64,000 nucleotides of DNA from a bacterium. GTDB lineage: Bacteria; UBA8248. Location: positions 1 through 64,000 of the forward strand of contig CBDATS010000002.1 in the NCBI GenBank assembly GCA_965200245.1, in the 5' to 3' direction. Each line of letters opens with the position of its first letter. Position 1 is the first letter of the stretch. The position numbers and the translations under genes are program-made. The notes under the pieces were generated by a model. The model was not told the DNA's origin. It worked only from the letters and a program-made list of their open reading frames with translations, and searched no databases. Positions 19,725-29,546 of the stretch are shown here, one piece after another.

Positions 19725-20489
19725 ATGACCTCACCCGGCGTGGACTTAAGCGGCAAGACAGCCTGCATCACGGGCGGCGGCCAGGGGCTCGGTGCTTCGA
19801 TGGCCATCGCGCTCGCGGAAGCGGGCGCGGACATCGTCCTCATCGGCAGGCGGCCCGAACCGATAGCGGAAACAGCAAAAGAATGCGGGAAATCCGGCGT
19901 GCGGGTCAGACCCGCCGTCTGTGACGTCACGGATTCCGCGCGCTTGAACGCCCTGTTCGGGCAAGTCAACAGGGAACTCGGCGGACCGCATATTCTCATC
20001 AACAGCGCGGGCGTTTCGCTCCCCAGTCCCATTCTCGAGATGACGAACGAAACCTGGCACCGCACCATCGACTTGAACCTGAGTGGCATGTTCTATTGCT
20101 GTCGTGCGGCGGTGCGCTACATGCTCGAGGCGGGAGAAGGCAAAATCATCAATCTCGGCTCGGGCGCGGGCAGTCGGGGCCGCCCGAATCAGGTGGCCTA
20201 TGCGGCGTCGAAATCAGGCGTGCGGGGATTCACCGAGGCGCTCGCCGTCGAGCTTGCGGAGAAGAACATCCAGGTGAACAGCATCGCGCCGGGGCGCTTC
20301 CCTACCCCGATGACGAGCGATCGCATCGCCGACCCGGCGCAGAGCGAGGAATTCCTGCGCTACGTTCCCATGAAGCGCTACGGCGAAATCGAGGAAATCC
20401 GGCCGCTCGTCGTCTACCTGTGCAGCCCGCAGAGCGACTACATGACAGGGCAGACGATATATCTCGACGGCGGCGGCAGCGCGCTCTAG
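19725..20489 (+). CDS. SDR family oxidoreductase
   Basis: TGGGQGLG, INSAG, YAASK. Confidence 0.92.
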   Translation: MTSPGVDLSGKTACITGGGQGLGASMAIALAEAGADIVLIGRRPEPIAETAKECGKSGVRVRPAVCDVTDSARLNALFGQVNRELGGPHILINSAGVSLPSPILEMTNETWHRTIDLNLSGMFYCCRAAVRYMLEAGEGKIINLGSGAGSRGRPNQVAYAASKSGVRGFTEALAVELAEKNIQVNSIAPGRFPTPMTSDRIADPAQSEEFLRYVPMKRYGEIEEIRPLVVYLCSPQSDYMTGQTIYLDGGGSAL

Positions 20490-21280
20490 GCCCTCACCAC
20501 GTCGCACCGTCCGCCGTCCACGTTGATGGACTCGCCCGTGATATTCGAAGCCAGGTCGGAAACCAGGAACAATGCCGCGTTGGCACAATCCTCGGCCTCC
20601 GTGAGACGGCCCATGGGCAGTTCTGCCCGTCTTTCGGCGTCCACCTCTTCATACGTGCGGTTCGTGATGGCGGCGATCCTCGTCGTCTGTCGGGTGTATC
20701 TCGGGGTGTTCGTCGTTCCGGGGTTCACGAGGTTCACGCGGATGTTCTCGGGTGCGAGCCTGCGGGCGAGTTGATGCTTGTAGGCGGCCAGGCCTGCATT
20801 CGGGATACAGCCCGAGCCGTGGTATTCGGAGGTATGGACGTGACTCAGCCCTGAAAAATAGACAATGGCACCCCTGTTCCGCTTTCTCATCTGCGGAATC
20901 ACGGCTTTTGTCAGGCGAATGGCGGCGCGGAGTTTGAGGTCGATAGCGAGGTCGATGTCCTCATCTGTCGTCACGAGGGGGTCCGTGCGTCTGCTCACGC
21001 CTGCGGCGCTGACGAGAAAATCGATTCCCCCGAACCGGGTACAGGTCTCCTCCACCACATGTTCTGTCTGGCCGGCAACAGTAAGGTCGCCTGCCAGCAC
21101 TTCCGCTTGTCCTCCGGCGGCGGCAACATCCGAAGCAGTTTGCCGAAGGTTCTCCTCGTTTCGGGCCGCGAGGGCGACGCTGGCACCCGCGCGTGCCAGT
21201 ACCATCGCACACGCCTGCCCGATACCCTGGCTCGAACCCGTCACCAAGGCGATTTTTCCGCTCAAATCTATCGTGATCAT
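20486..21280 (-). CDS. SDR family oxidoreductase, atypical (no YxxxK)
   Basis: TGSSQGIG, VNLVNPG, ITGESINVDGG. Confidence 0.88.
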   Translation of the reverse strand: MITIDLSGKIALVTGSSQGIGQACAMVLARAGASVALAARNEENLRQTASDVAAAGGQAEVLAGDLTVAGQTEHVVEETCTRFGGIDFLVSAAGVSRRTDPLVTTDEDIDLAIDLKLRAAIRLTKAVIPQMRKRNRGAIVYFSGLSHVHTSEYHGSGCIPNAGLAAYKHQLARRLAPENIRVNLVNPGTTNTPRYTRQTTRIAAITNRTYEEVDAERRAELPMGRLTEAEDCANAALFLVSDLASNITGESINVDGGRCDVVRA

Positions 21281-21460
21281 CTATTTCCCTTTCTCTGCGA
21301 TCCGTTCATACTCGTATGCGCGCCCGGAGGGGATGCGGATTCAATGCTCGATATCGAAAACCTGCGGCCGGGCGCTGGATTTTCATGGCGATTTTTCTTA
21401 TACACGACTTGTCCTCCGGCGGCATTCCTGGCGGGAATACATTTAAACAGGCGGTGACCC

Positions 21461-22699
21461 ATGACGAAGAAAAGCATTTCGGACATCGACGTACGCGGCA
21501 AGCGCGTACTCACGCGGGTGGACTTCAATGTTCCACAGGATGCGAACGGGTGCATCGTTGACGATCGCAGAATCCGGATGGCGCTGCCCACGATCAACCA
21601 TATATTGAATGGCGGCGGACGCCTCGTTCTCATGAGCCACCTTGGACGCCCGACGGGAGAAGGACCACCGGCCGACACCAGATGGACGCTCGCGCCCATC
21701 GCCGATCGCCTCGGGGAACTGCTCGGCAGGAATGTCGTCTTCTCGAAAGACTGTGTGGGATCCGCCGCAGAGAGTGCCGTCGCCGCGCTTGGAGACGGAG
21801 AATGCTGCCTGCTCGAAAACCTGCGCTTCCACAAGGCCGAGCAGATAAAGGACAAGGCGGCCGCCGAAGATACAGCATTGAGAGAGGCTAAAGACACCTT
21901 CGCGCGGGGGCTGGCATCCTTGGGCGACATCTACGTGAACGACGCCTTCGGCACCTGCCACCGCGACAACGCAAGCATGCTCACCACGCCACAGACGATG
22001 GCGGGAAAACCCCGCGTCGCAGGATTCCTGCTCGAGAAGGAACTCAGGTATCTGGGCAAAGTGCTGAATGCACCGGAGAGGCCCTTTCTCGCCATCATCG
22101 GGGGCAAGAAGGTCTCAGACAAGATGATGGTCATCGAAACCCTGTTGAGCAAATCCGACCGTGTGCTCATCGGCGGCGCGATGGTCTACACCTTCATGCG
22201 GGCGAACGGCCGGGAGACGGGCACGAGCCTCGTGGAAGAAGAGAGGATAGACGTGGCTGCGAGACTTCAGGACCTGGGGGGTGAAAAACTCGTTCTGCCC
22301 ACGGATGTCGTCACCGCGCGCGCCATCGAGGAGGGCGCGCCCTTCGAGGTATTCCAGGGCGTAATTCCCGAGGGGCTGATGGGTCTCGATATCGGTCCCA
22401 AGTCCGCGAAACGGTTCTCTGAAATGATTTCCGGGGCCAGGACCATTGTCTGGAACGGCCCGATGGGTGTGTTCGAGGTGAAACCCTTCGACGCAGGCAC
22501 GTTCACCGTCGCGCACGCCCTGGCGGAGGCGACGAAAAACGGGGCCACGAGTGTCATCGGCGGTGGCGACAGCGCGGCAGCCATCGAGATAGCCGGTCTG
22601 GGCAAGCAGGTGAGTCACGTGAGCACGGGCGGCGGAGCGAGTCTTGAGTTCATGGAAGGGAAGTCTTTTCATGCCGTCGAAATTCTGGATGATTTGTAG
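21461..22699 (+). CDS. pgk: Phosphoglycerate kinase
   Basis: RVDFNVP, SHLGRP, LLENLRF, WNGPMGVFE, GGGDS, STGGGASLE. Confidence 0.98.
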   Translation: MTKKSISDIDVRGKRVLTRVDFNVPQDANGCIVDDRRIRMALPTINHILNGGGRLVLMSHLGRPTGEGPPADTRWTLAPIADRLGELLGRNVVFSKDCVGSAAESAVAALGDGECCLLENLRFHKAEQIKDKAAAEDTALREAKDTFARGLASLGDIYVNDAFGTCHRDNASMLTTPQTMAGKPRVAGFLLEKELRYLGKVLNAPERPFLAIIGGKKVSDKMMVIETLLSKSDRVLIGGAMVYTFMRANGRETGTSLVEEERIDVAARLQDLGGEKLVLPTDVVTARAIEEGAPFEVFQGVIPEGLMGLDIGPKSAKRFSEMISGARTIVWNGPMGVFEVKPFDAGTFTVAHALAEATKNGATSVIGGGDSAAAIEIAGLGKQVSHVSTGGGASLEFMEGKSFHAVEILDDL

Positions 22700-22778
22700 A
22701 GGCTTCGTGGATACCGCATAATCGTCCTGAAAATACGGGGTTTCTTGGTATCTATACCGTATCAGAGGATTTGTCCGA

Positions 22779-23786
22779 GTGAAGAACAACATTCTGGAGG
22801 CTATTGGTGACACGCCGATCGTAAGGCTTAATTCTATCGGCGCGGAAGTCGAATCGGAACTGTTCGTCAAGGTTGAGTACATGAATCCGGGTCTCTCGGT
22901 GAAAGACCGCATCGCACAGCTGATTGTGGAAGATGCGGAGAAAAGGGGCGAATTAAAGCCGGGTGGCACGATCGTGGAAGCTACGTCGGGGAACACGGGC
23001 GCAGGGCTCGCCATCGTCGCCGCCATCAAGGGCTACAGTTGCGTTTTTGTGATGCCCTGCAAGATGAGCCAGGAGAAAATCGACCGGCTCCGCGCATACG
23101 GTGCGAAAGTCATCGTCACGCCCACGGTCTCGCTCGACGACCCGGAGAGCCACTACAGTGTGGCACGCAGGATCGTGGAGGAGACGTCCAACTCCATTCT
23201 CGCGAACCAGTACAACAATCCCAATAACCCCGAATCCCATTATCGCATGACGGGCCCAGAAATATGGCGTCAGACGGCAGGCGAGTTCGACGCCTTCGTC
23301 ACGGGTCTCGGCACCGGCGGAACAATTTCGGGCACGGGAAGGTATCTTCATGAAAGGAATCCCGATATCCGGATCGTGGGCGTCGACCCGATAGGATCGA
23401 TTCTCTACGGCCTTTTCTACGGGGAAACCGACCCCGAGGCGGGCTCCTACAGGACCGAAGGCATCGGGGAGAGCTTCAAGCCCGCTACGCTCAGTTTCGA
23501 TAACATCGACGAAGTCGTCCGTGTCACTGACAGGGAATGCCTCCTGATGGCGCGCAGGCTGGCACGGGAAGAAGGCATTCTGGTGGGCGGTTCGGCGGGC
23601 GGTGCGGTGGCGGGCGCCGTGCGTTACGCGGAATCTCTCGACAAGCTACAGAGAATCGTCACCCTCATGCCGGATTCGGGCATGTTCTACCTGAGCAAGA
23701 TATTCTCCGATGAATGGATGACGGCCAACGCGTTCCTGGATGCGGAGGAATTGGAAGAAGAGACGGCATCCCAAACCGCCCGATAG
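22779..23786 (+). CDS. Cystathionine beta-synthase / cysteine synthase family PLP enzyme
   Basis: NPGLSVKDRIA, EATSGNTG, GLGTGGT. Confidence 0.92.
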   Translation: MKNNILEAIGDTPIVRLNSIGAEVESELFVKVEYMNPGLSVKDRIAQLIVEDAEKRGELKPGGTIVEATSGNTGAGLAIVAAIKGYSCVFVMPCKMSQEKIDRLRAYGAKVIVTPTVSLDDPESHYSVARRIVEETSNSILANQYNNPNNPESHYRMTGPEIWRQTAGEFDAFVTGLGTGGTISGTGRYLHERNPDIRIVGVDPIGSILYGLFYGETDPEAGSYRTEGIGESFKPATLSFDNIDEVVRVTDRECLLMARRLAREEGILVGGSAGGAVAGAVRYAESLDKLQRIVTLMPDSGMFYLSKIFSDEWMTANAFLDAEELEEETASQTAR

Positions 23787-23799
23787 AGACGGGAATGAT

Positions 23800-23990
23800 T
23801 CGGCAGGATTTACCGCCAGTTCCAGCGCATGGGCCGGATTGAAGAAAACACCGAAGTCGGTCGAGTCTCGCGCACCTGCCCGCCATGAGCAGCCGGAAAC
23901 GACCGAGTCTCTACACGGCTTCCGTCAGTCTGCCAACATGAAGTTCACCGACGGGGTGCATGAATGAGATACAGGCAACAGGCTGTCTGT
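23800..23990 (+). mobile_element. Degenerate IS256 transposase 3' remnant
   Basis: WAGLKKTPKSVES and LHGFRQSANMKFTDGVHE resemble IS256 transposase C-terminal motifs. Confidence 0.5.
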
Positions 23991-24031
23991 TTCACGGTGG
24001 CCATGCACAGGCTTTCACGAAAGTGTCATCG

Positions 24032-24562
24032 CTACCAGTAGTCGGCATTGTTCAGCGACGATACGCATTCAACCTCGACAGTTTCTGCCCTGATTTCACA
24101 AAGATTCAATTCCAGGGCTTGCCAACCGAAAGGATATTCAATCGGATAGGGAGGAATGAATCCTGACGCCATGTTCGCATCAAATCCAAACCTGCCGTAG
24201 TAATCGGGATCACCATATACAAGGAGGATATGCGTGTTTTTGCTCGATAAAAGCTGCTTTCCGTAATTGATCAGGGAAGAACCCATGCCTTGCCCCCGAC
24301 AATCGCCGCGAACGGCTAGAGGTGCCAATATATATCCCGTAATTTCCTCATACCCCTTGATGTAAACCGGACTAAAGGCGATATGCCCCTTAACATCTCC
24401 TCCGTCGTCCATCACGAGGGACTCTGTAACCGGATTTGTTTTTTCAGAAAGCAGGTCAACTGCAAGACGTCCAACCATTCCGCCTTCAGTATCGGGAAAT
24501 GCCTTTTCATACAAGTCTTGCAATACAAGTGCATCGCTGTGCCTGGCAGTTCTTATCTCCAT
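24032..24562 (-). CDS. GNAT N-acetyltransferase (YhbS-like)
   Basis: GHIAFSPV, LAPLAV..RGQGMG, VYGDPDYYGRFGF. Confidence 0.9.
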   Translation of the reverse strand: MEIRTARHSDALVLQDLYEKAFPDTEGGMVGRLAVDLLSEKTNPVTESLVMDDGGDVKGHIAFSPVYIKGYEEITGYILAPLAVRGDCRGQGMGSSLINYGKQLLSSKNTHILLVYGDPDYYGRFGFDANMASGFIPPYPIEYPFGWQALELNLCEIRAETVEVECVSSLNNADYW

Positions 24563-24674
24563 ATTACGATTGAACCTTCTCCTGGAATCACTCACAGACC
24601 CGGTATATGGCCGGGTGGAGGAAGACAGAGGATTCCTGCAGCAACGGGGACATAAAACCGCATTGCAGGGACAT

Positions 24675-24787
24675 GGCGGATGCGCCAACATGCAAAAGAT
24701 ATGACGATCCGTTTTACGAATCCAGCCATTCAGGACGAGTCGGTCGAACCGGTGTGCGAGGGTGCGCCGTGATCATGCGGCAGGGCA
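24675..24787 (+). mobile_element. Degenerate IS256 5' remnant, homologous to 12186-12297
   Basis: gatgcgcca.cat, gaatccagcc.ttc.ggacgagt and atcat.cg.cagg are shared with the 12.2-kb remnant. Confidence 0.65.
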
Positions 24788-24942
24788 CATGAGTGTTCAT
24801 CTGTTTCTGTCGCGCATGTTCCAGTAGACTGTCTGTCGAAAAAAACGAGGATAATGAAAAACCGCCTTGTCAACTTTACCGGTTTATGAGCTAAAGTTCG
24901 ATATCGAGACCGGAACCGCCCCCTTTGCCTGCCGGGAGTCCC

Positions 24943-26118
24943 ATGAAAATATCCACGAGAGCGATTCATCACGGAAAAGAGCCCAACGAACTCACAGGCG
25001 CCGTGAAACCCGACATCTGCCTGAGCAGCACCTTCAAACAACATACGCCCGGCGACCCGGTGGGCGATTTCGAGTACTCGCGCTCGGGCAACCCGACACG
25101 AGAAGCGCTGGAGGTGAACATCGCGGGTCTGGAACAACCCGACAGCCAGGACGCCGAGTGCCACGGACTCGCTTTCTCGTCGGGCCTGGGCGCCACGACC
25201 ACGATACTCTTCGCCCTGCTCTCACACGGCGACCACATGCTCTGCTCGGACGACGTTTACGGCGGGACCTTCCGCCTCATCACGGGCAAGGATTTCGGGG
25301 GTTTCGAGAAATTCGGCGTCGCATGTGATTACGTGGACATGGCGGACGAGGAATCCTTGGCCGGAAAAATCAGGGAGAACACGCGGCTTATCTGGATAGA
25401 GAGTCCCACGAACCCGCTCCTGAAGATGGCCGACATCCAGAGCATCGCCACGACGTATGGAAGCGACGGTTTGATCATCGCCGTGGACAATACCTTCATG
25501 AGCCCCTACTTCCAAAGGCCGCTTGCCCTCGGGGCGGACATCACTGTTCACAGCACGACAAAATACATCGGAGGGCACAGCGACGTCGTGGGCGGTGCGC
25601 TGGTAACGAGAAACCGGGCGCTTTACGAGCGAATCCGACACTACCAGAATGCGCTCGGGGCGACTCCCGCCCCTTTCGATTGCTACATGACCATGCGAGG
25701 CATCGATACCTTGCCCGTGCGGATGGAAAAACACCAGCAAAACGCCATGAAAATCGCAGGCTTCCTGGAAGCGCACGCGAGCGTGGAAAAAGTCATCTAT
25801 CCCGGCCTCGTCTCCCATCCCCAGCATGAACTGGCGAAAAGGCAAATGAGCGGTTTCGGCGGCATGTTGGCGTTCTATCTAAAAGGCGGCCTGCCCGAGG
25901 CGAGGAAGTTACTCGAAAACGTACGGCTCTTCACCCTGGCAGAGAGTCTGGGAGGAACGGAATCCCTAGTGGAACACCCCGCCATTATGACACACGCATC
26001 CCTCACCGAGCAGAGTAGAAAAGAGCTTGGCATCAGCGACACCCTGATTCGCCTGTCCGTGGGCATCGAGGATGCGAACGATCTGATAGAGGATCTGGAA
26101 CAGGCGCTCAGGGGGTAG
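24943..26118 (+). CDS. Cystathionine gamma-lyase/synthase family PLP enzyme
   Basis: YSRSGNPTR, ESPTNP, VDNTF, HSTTKYIGGHSD, ESLGG, RLSVGIED. Confidence 0.95.
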   Translation: MKISTRAIHHGKEPNELTGAVKPDICLSSTFKQHTPGDPVGDFEYSRSGNPTREALEVNIAGLEQPDSQDAECHGLAFSSGLGATTTILFALLSHGDHMLCSDDVYGGTFRLITGKDFGGFEKFGVACDYVDMADEESLAGKIRENTRLIWIESPTNPLLKMADIQSIATTYGSDGLIIAVDNTFMSPYFQRPLALGADITVHSTTKYIGGHSDVVGGALVTRNRALYERIRHYQNALGATPAPFDCYMTMRGIDTLPVRMEKHQQNAMKIAGFLEAHASVEKVIYPGLVSHPQHELAKRQMSGFGGMLAFYLKGGLPEARKLLENVRLFTLAESLGGTESLVEHPAIMTHASLTEQSRKELGISDTLIRLSVGIEDANDLIEDLEQALRG

Positions 26119-26292
26119 CAACGGTAGAGGAACGGGGACCTCGGATAGACGCAGGTGCCTGTCGCTGCGGGGTTTCAACATGTCCCCTGTTGAATCTGGT
26201 TGTCAGTACGTTTACAGGCCGCATACATACTTGCAACCTGTATTTTGAGGCAAAGAGGCATCGCCACTTGCGTGCGCCCTAATCCACCAAAA

Positions 26293-26426
26293 ACGAGAAA
26301 AACGTCAACAAATTTCTTGCCTTTTCATCGGAATATCCCATATCCTGCTCATGACAGCGATGCAAAAAAAAACGAAAGCATCGCGGGTATCAACCCATAC
26401 TCATTTCCTGAGGACAGGAGACCGAC
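26293..26426 (+). promoter_or_regulatory. Conserved upstream/promoter region of precursor C
   Basis: Homologous to 3565-3695; TTGCCT-18 nt-TATCCT; RBS AGGAG. Confidence 0.75.
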
Positions 26427-26686
26427 ATGAAATCCATTACCGAGATGCGCAATCACCTGCTCGAGAAGGCGGAGGTCAGCGAGGAGTTCCGCGCCCGCCT
26501 GATTCTGACCCGAAGGCCGTGATATCCGAGGAGACCGGAATCACTCTTCCGGATGACTGCAACCTCCATGTCGTGTCGGATGACGCGGAAAACGGCTATC
26601 TGGTGCTTCCGCCTTCGCCCCGGCTCACCGAGGAACAGCTGGCGTCCGTCCAGGGTGACAGCTATCATGACTGGATAAACAGTTAA
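26427..26686 (+). pseudogene. NHLP-leader RiPP precursor C, with a 1-nt frameshift near 26503; core SYHDWINS
   Basis: MKSITEMRNHLLEKAEVSEEFRARLI-(shift)-SDPKAVISEETG...YLVLPPSPRLTEEQLASVQGD-SYHDWINS. Confidence 0.85.
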
Positions 26687-26864
26687 CGGGCGACCAATGC
26701 AGCATCAACTTCGGGAGAAGTCGGCGCCAGGAAGTCCATCAGACCGTCGCTGCGCATGCCGGTATATCCTTGCGACTTCTGCCGGACGAGTGGATGAGCG
26801 ACCTTCCCCTTCGGATTCCGGTTGCTGCGATTCACGGAAGATCTGAATGGCCTGTCAGTTACCG

Positions 26865-27074
26865 GCTCACCCGGAACGGGGAACGTCCGATTGTCGCATG
26901 ATCGACATCAGCAAGCCTGCCCTTGACTGCTTTTGACCGATACCGGAACGGCGATCGTTCCGGTATCGGTCTTCTGTATCATCACTTGGCTACCACACTT
27001 TCTCACTTCCATAAAAACATACGAGTCGAGAGTCCAACCGGCCTGCCGCCGGAAAGGATGTGCAGCCTGGCCAA
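26865..27074 (-). pseudogene. hicA: HicA-like toxin remnant
   Basis: MARLHILSG...GSQVMIQKTDTGTIAVPV...SIMRQSDVPRS across frameshifts; downstream of hicB. Confidence 0.55.
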
Positions 27075-27287
27075 CAGCGACCTCGACCCGGGTTACATGG
27101 ACTTCCCTTCGCAGGCGTCCGCCGATTTTCCGGGGGAGGCGGCCTCGAAGAACAGGGCCAAAGCTTCGGCGAGGTCGTCACGCGCACGGGCGACGGTGTC
27201 TCTCTGGCTGGCAATACCCACTTCGGGACACATGGCGATGTATCCATTCCCCTCTCGTGCGATAATCGCGCTCAGTTGTCGGTTCAT
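27068..27287 (-). pseudogene. hicB: HicB-family antitoxin with frameshifted C-terminus
   Basis: AIIAREGNGYIAMCPEVGIASQRDTVARARDDLAEALALFFE. Confidence 0.75.
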
Positions 27288-27639
27288 ATCTTTCGTTCCC
27301 CTTTCGAGAATATGCTGAACTTATCTCTCAGACGGCAGAGAGCCTGGAAAACCACCGAAGACTCTGCATGGAGACGATGACGTATACCGTTATGCCTCAT
27401 TGCCCCCGGCATGTAGCGCAACCCTATCGCCGCCCTTGACTTTATTTCCCGGGCCTTCCTGCGATCCTTTGGGATAAGTTGTCGTTCCCCTGGGTCGCGG
27501 TATCCCGTTCAGCGGAAACCGGAAAGGAATACAAACCGCTCACAACCGCCGCACGACCCGGAACACCTTGCCGAGAAAGTGGACGTCCCGGGTGAGGCAT
27601 GAACAGGGGACGTGATCGGGGTTGGCGGAACTCAGCCTG

Positions 27640-27679
27640 ATGCGGGATGGCCCCTCCTCGGGGTCGTCCCGCATTTTCT
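27640..27679 (+). terminator. Intrinsic terminator-like hairpin
   Basis: atgcgggatggcccc-tcctc-ggggtcgtcccgcat followed by tttct. Confidence 0.7.
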
Positions 27680-27793
27680 CGACAAATAACCGTGAATATC
27701 CAGAGAAGTTATCGAAATAAATATCAATAAGTTATGGATTTTTGAGGCTGTTTTCAGGACATTTCGCGGCAAAAATTCACAGGTTGATGCAAA

Positions 27794-28948
27794 TCACGCA
27801 GGGTATTTCTCCACCAGGCGCTTTGCTATCACTATCCGCTGAATGTCGTTCGTCCCCTCACCTACCTGCAGCAGGATGGAATCGCGGTAATAGCGCTCAA
27901 TGGGCAATTCCTTGATGTAGCCGTAGCCCCCGTGAATGTGCACGGCAGCCTCGGAGGCCCTCTGGCAGGCGTCCGTGGCGAAGAGCTTCGCCATACCGGC
28001 CTCCAGGTCGCACCGCACGCCCTGGTCCTTCATGTGCGCCGCACGGTAGGTAAGCTGGCGGGCCGCTTCGAGCGAAGTGGCCATATCGGCAAGCTTGATC
28101 TGGATAGCCTGATGCTCGGCGATGGGCTTGCCCATGGTCTTTCTCTGCTGGGCGTATTTGATGGAATCCCCGAAACAGGCGGCATGCAGTCCCACAGCCC
28201 GTGCGGCCACCTGGATGCGGCCCAACTCCAGGGTCGCCATGAGTTGATGGAAACCCCTGTTTTCCTCTCCGACAAGGCAAGAAACCGGAACGGGACAGTC
28301 GTCGAAAGCCAGTTCACCAGTCCGAACACCCTTGTAGCCCAACTTGTCCAGATGGCGGCTGACGCTGAAACCGGGCAGGTTCCTGTCCATGAGGATGCAA
28401 CTGATTCCCCGTGTGGGCTTTTCCGCCTTGGGGTTCGTGCGAGCCATGATCGCGAAATGCGTCGCGTTCTCGCTGTTGGTGATGAACATTTTCGAGCCGT
28501 TGACGATGTAGTCCTGACCTTCGCGGCGAGCGGTCGTTCTCAGGGCCGCAACGTCGGAACCGCCATCCGCCTCGGTAATGCCGATGCCGAAACGCATTTC
28601 CCCCTGCGCCACCTCCGGGAGCCACTCGCAACGCTGCTCCTCGTTTCCGAATTTGTTGATCATCCACCCCACCATCGAATGGGCGCCGAGTACGCCCGTC
28701 AGGCTCATCCAGCCCCTCGCCAACTCCTCGGTCAAAACCGTGAAGCTCACCGCATCCATCTCACCACCGCCAAAGCATTCCGGTACAAGCGCACCGAAAT
28801 AGCCCAGTTCCTTCATTCGCTCGACAAGCGGATGGGGGTATTCATCATTGTGTTCATACTCGCTGGCAACCGGAATCACTTCTTGATCCACGAACTGCCG
28901 AACGCTGCTCTGCAGCGCCGTCTGAAACTCGTTCAACTGAACATCCAT
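27794..28948 (-). CDS. Acyl-CoA dehydrogenase
   Basis: ITEADGGSD, NGSKMFITN, IHGGYGY, GEGTNDIQR. Confidence 0.95.
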   Translation of the reverse strand: MDVQLNEFQTALQSSVRQFVDQEVIPVASEYEHNDEYPHPLVERMKELGYFGALVPECFGGGEMDAVSFTVLTEELARGWMSLTGVLGAHSMVGWMINKFGNEEQRCEWLPEVAQGEMRFGIGITEADGGSDVAALRTTARREGQDYIVNGSKMFITNSENATHFAIMARTNPKAEKPTRGISCILMDRNLPGFSVSRHLDKLGYKGVRTGELAFDDCPVPVSCLVGEENRGFHQLMATLELGRIQVAARAVGLHAACFGDSIKYAQQRKTMGKPIAEHQAIQIKLADMATSLEAARQLTYRAAHMKDQGVRCDLEAGMAKLFATDACQRASEAAVHIHGGYGYIKELPIERYYRDSILLQVGEGTNDIQRIVIAKRLVEKYPA

Positions 28949-28990
28949 AGGTTCGCTCCCGGGATTACAGTCGACAACTACGTTATTGCC

Positions 28991-29332
28991 TCAACCGAAC
29001 AACGAAAGTCCGCTCATCCCTTCGGGTATCAGGAGACGCTCCACCGGTTCGCCGTTTTCCAGATGCCTTTCCACGATTTCCTCTACATCCTCCGATCTCA
29101 CGCCGCCATACCAGACGTTGTCCGGCATCACGCAAACAACAGCTCCATTCTCGCAGACATCCATACAACTCGTTGCGAGGATGCGCGCCCTGCCCTTCAG
29201 GTTTTTTTCCTCCAGAAGGGTTTTCATCCGCTCGCGGATTTCCACGGATCCGCAATTCGCGCAACTTCCCTTGGGATGGTCCGCTGCCCGCTCGTTCGTG
29301 CACACCAAAACGTAGCGCTTCTGTTTGAACAT
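28991..29332 (-). CDS. Thioredoxin-like [2Fe-2S] ferredoxin
   Basis: VCTNER...SC...SCMDVCENGAVVCVMPDNVWYG. Confidence 0.88.
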   Translation of the reverse strand: MFKQKRYVLVCTNERAADHPKGSCANCGSVEIRERMKTLLEEKNLKGRARILATSCMDVCENGAVVCVMPDNVWYGGVRSEDVEEIVERHLENGEPVERLLIPEGMSGLSLFG

Positions 29333-29546
29333 CTCGCCTGCTCCGGAGTTTTGAAGAAAAACGGATATCCAGCATTCCCCGCCAAGGAGTCGAAAAGGGC
29401 CAAGGCCCTCTTTCGGACGCCGTAGGGAAGCTAACATTTATGAGGGTCGTGCTCAACGGGAATCTCCTTCTTTCATTGTTTGTCTTGAAGCTGCAAAATG
29501 GCATAATATGTCGTCTCTGATCAATATTCATTGAACGGGAAAACAC

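Noticed and set aside
27932-29425. 497-aa plus-strand ORF
   Set aside because: Antisense to the acyl-CoA dehydrogenase and ferredoxin genes.
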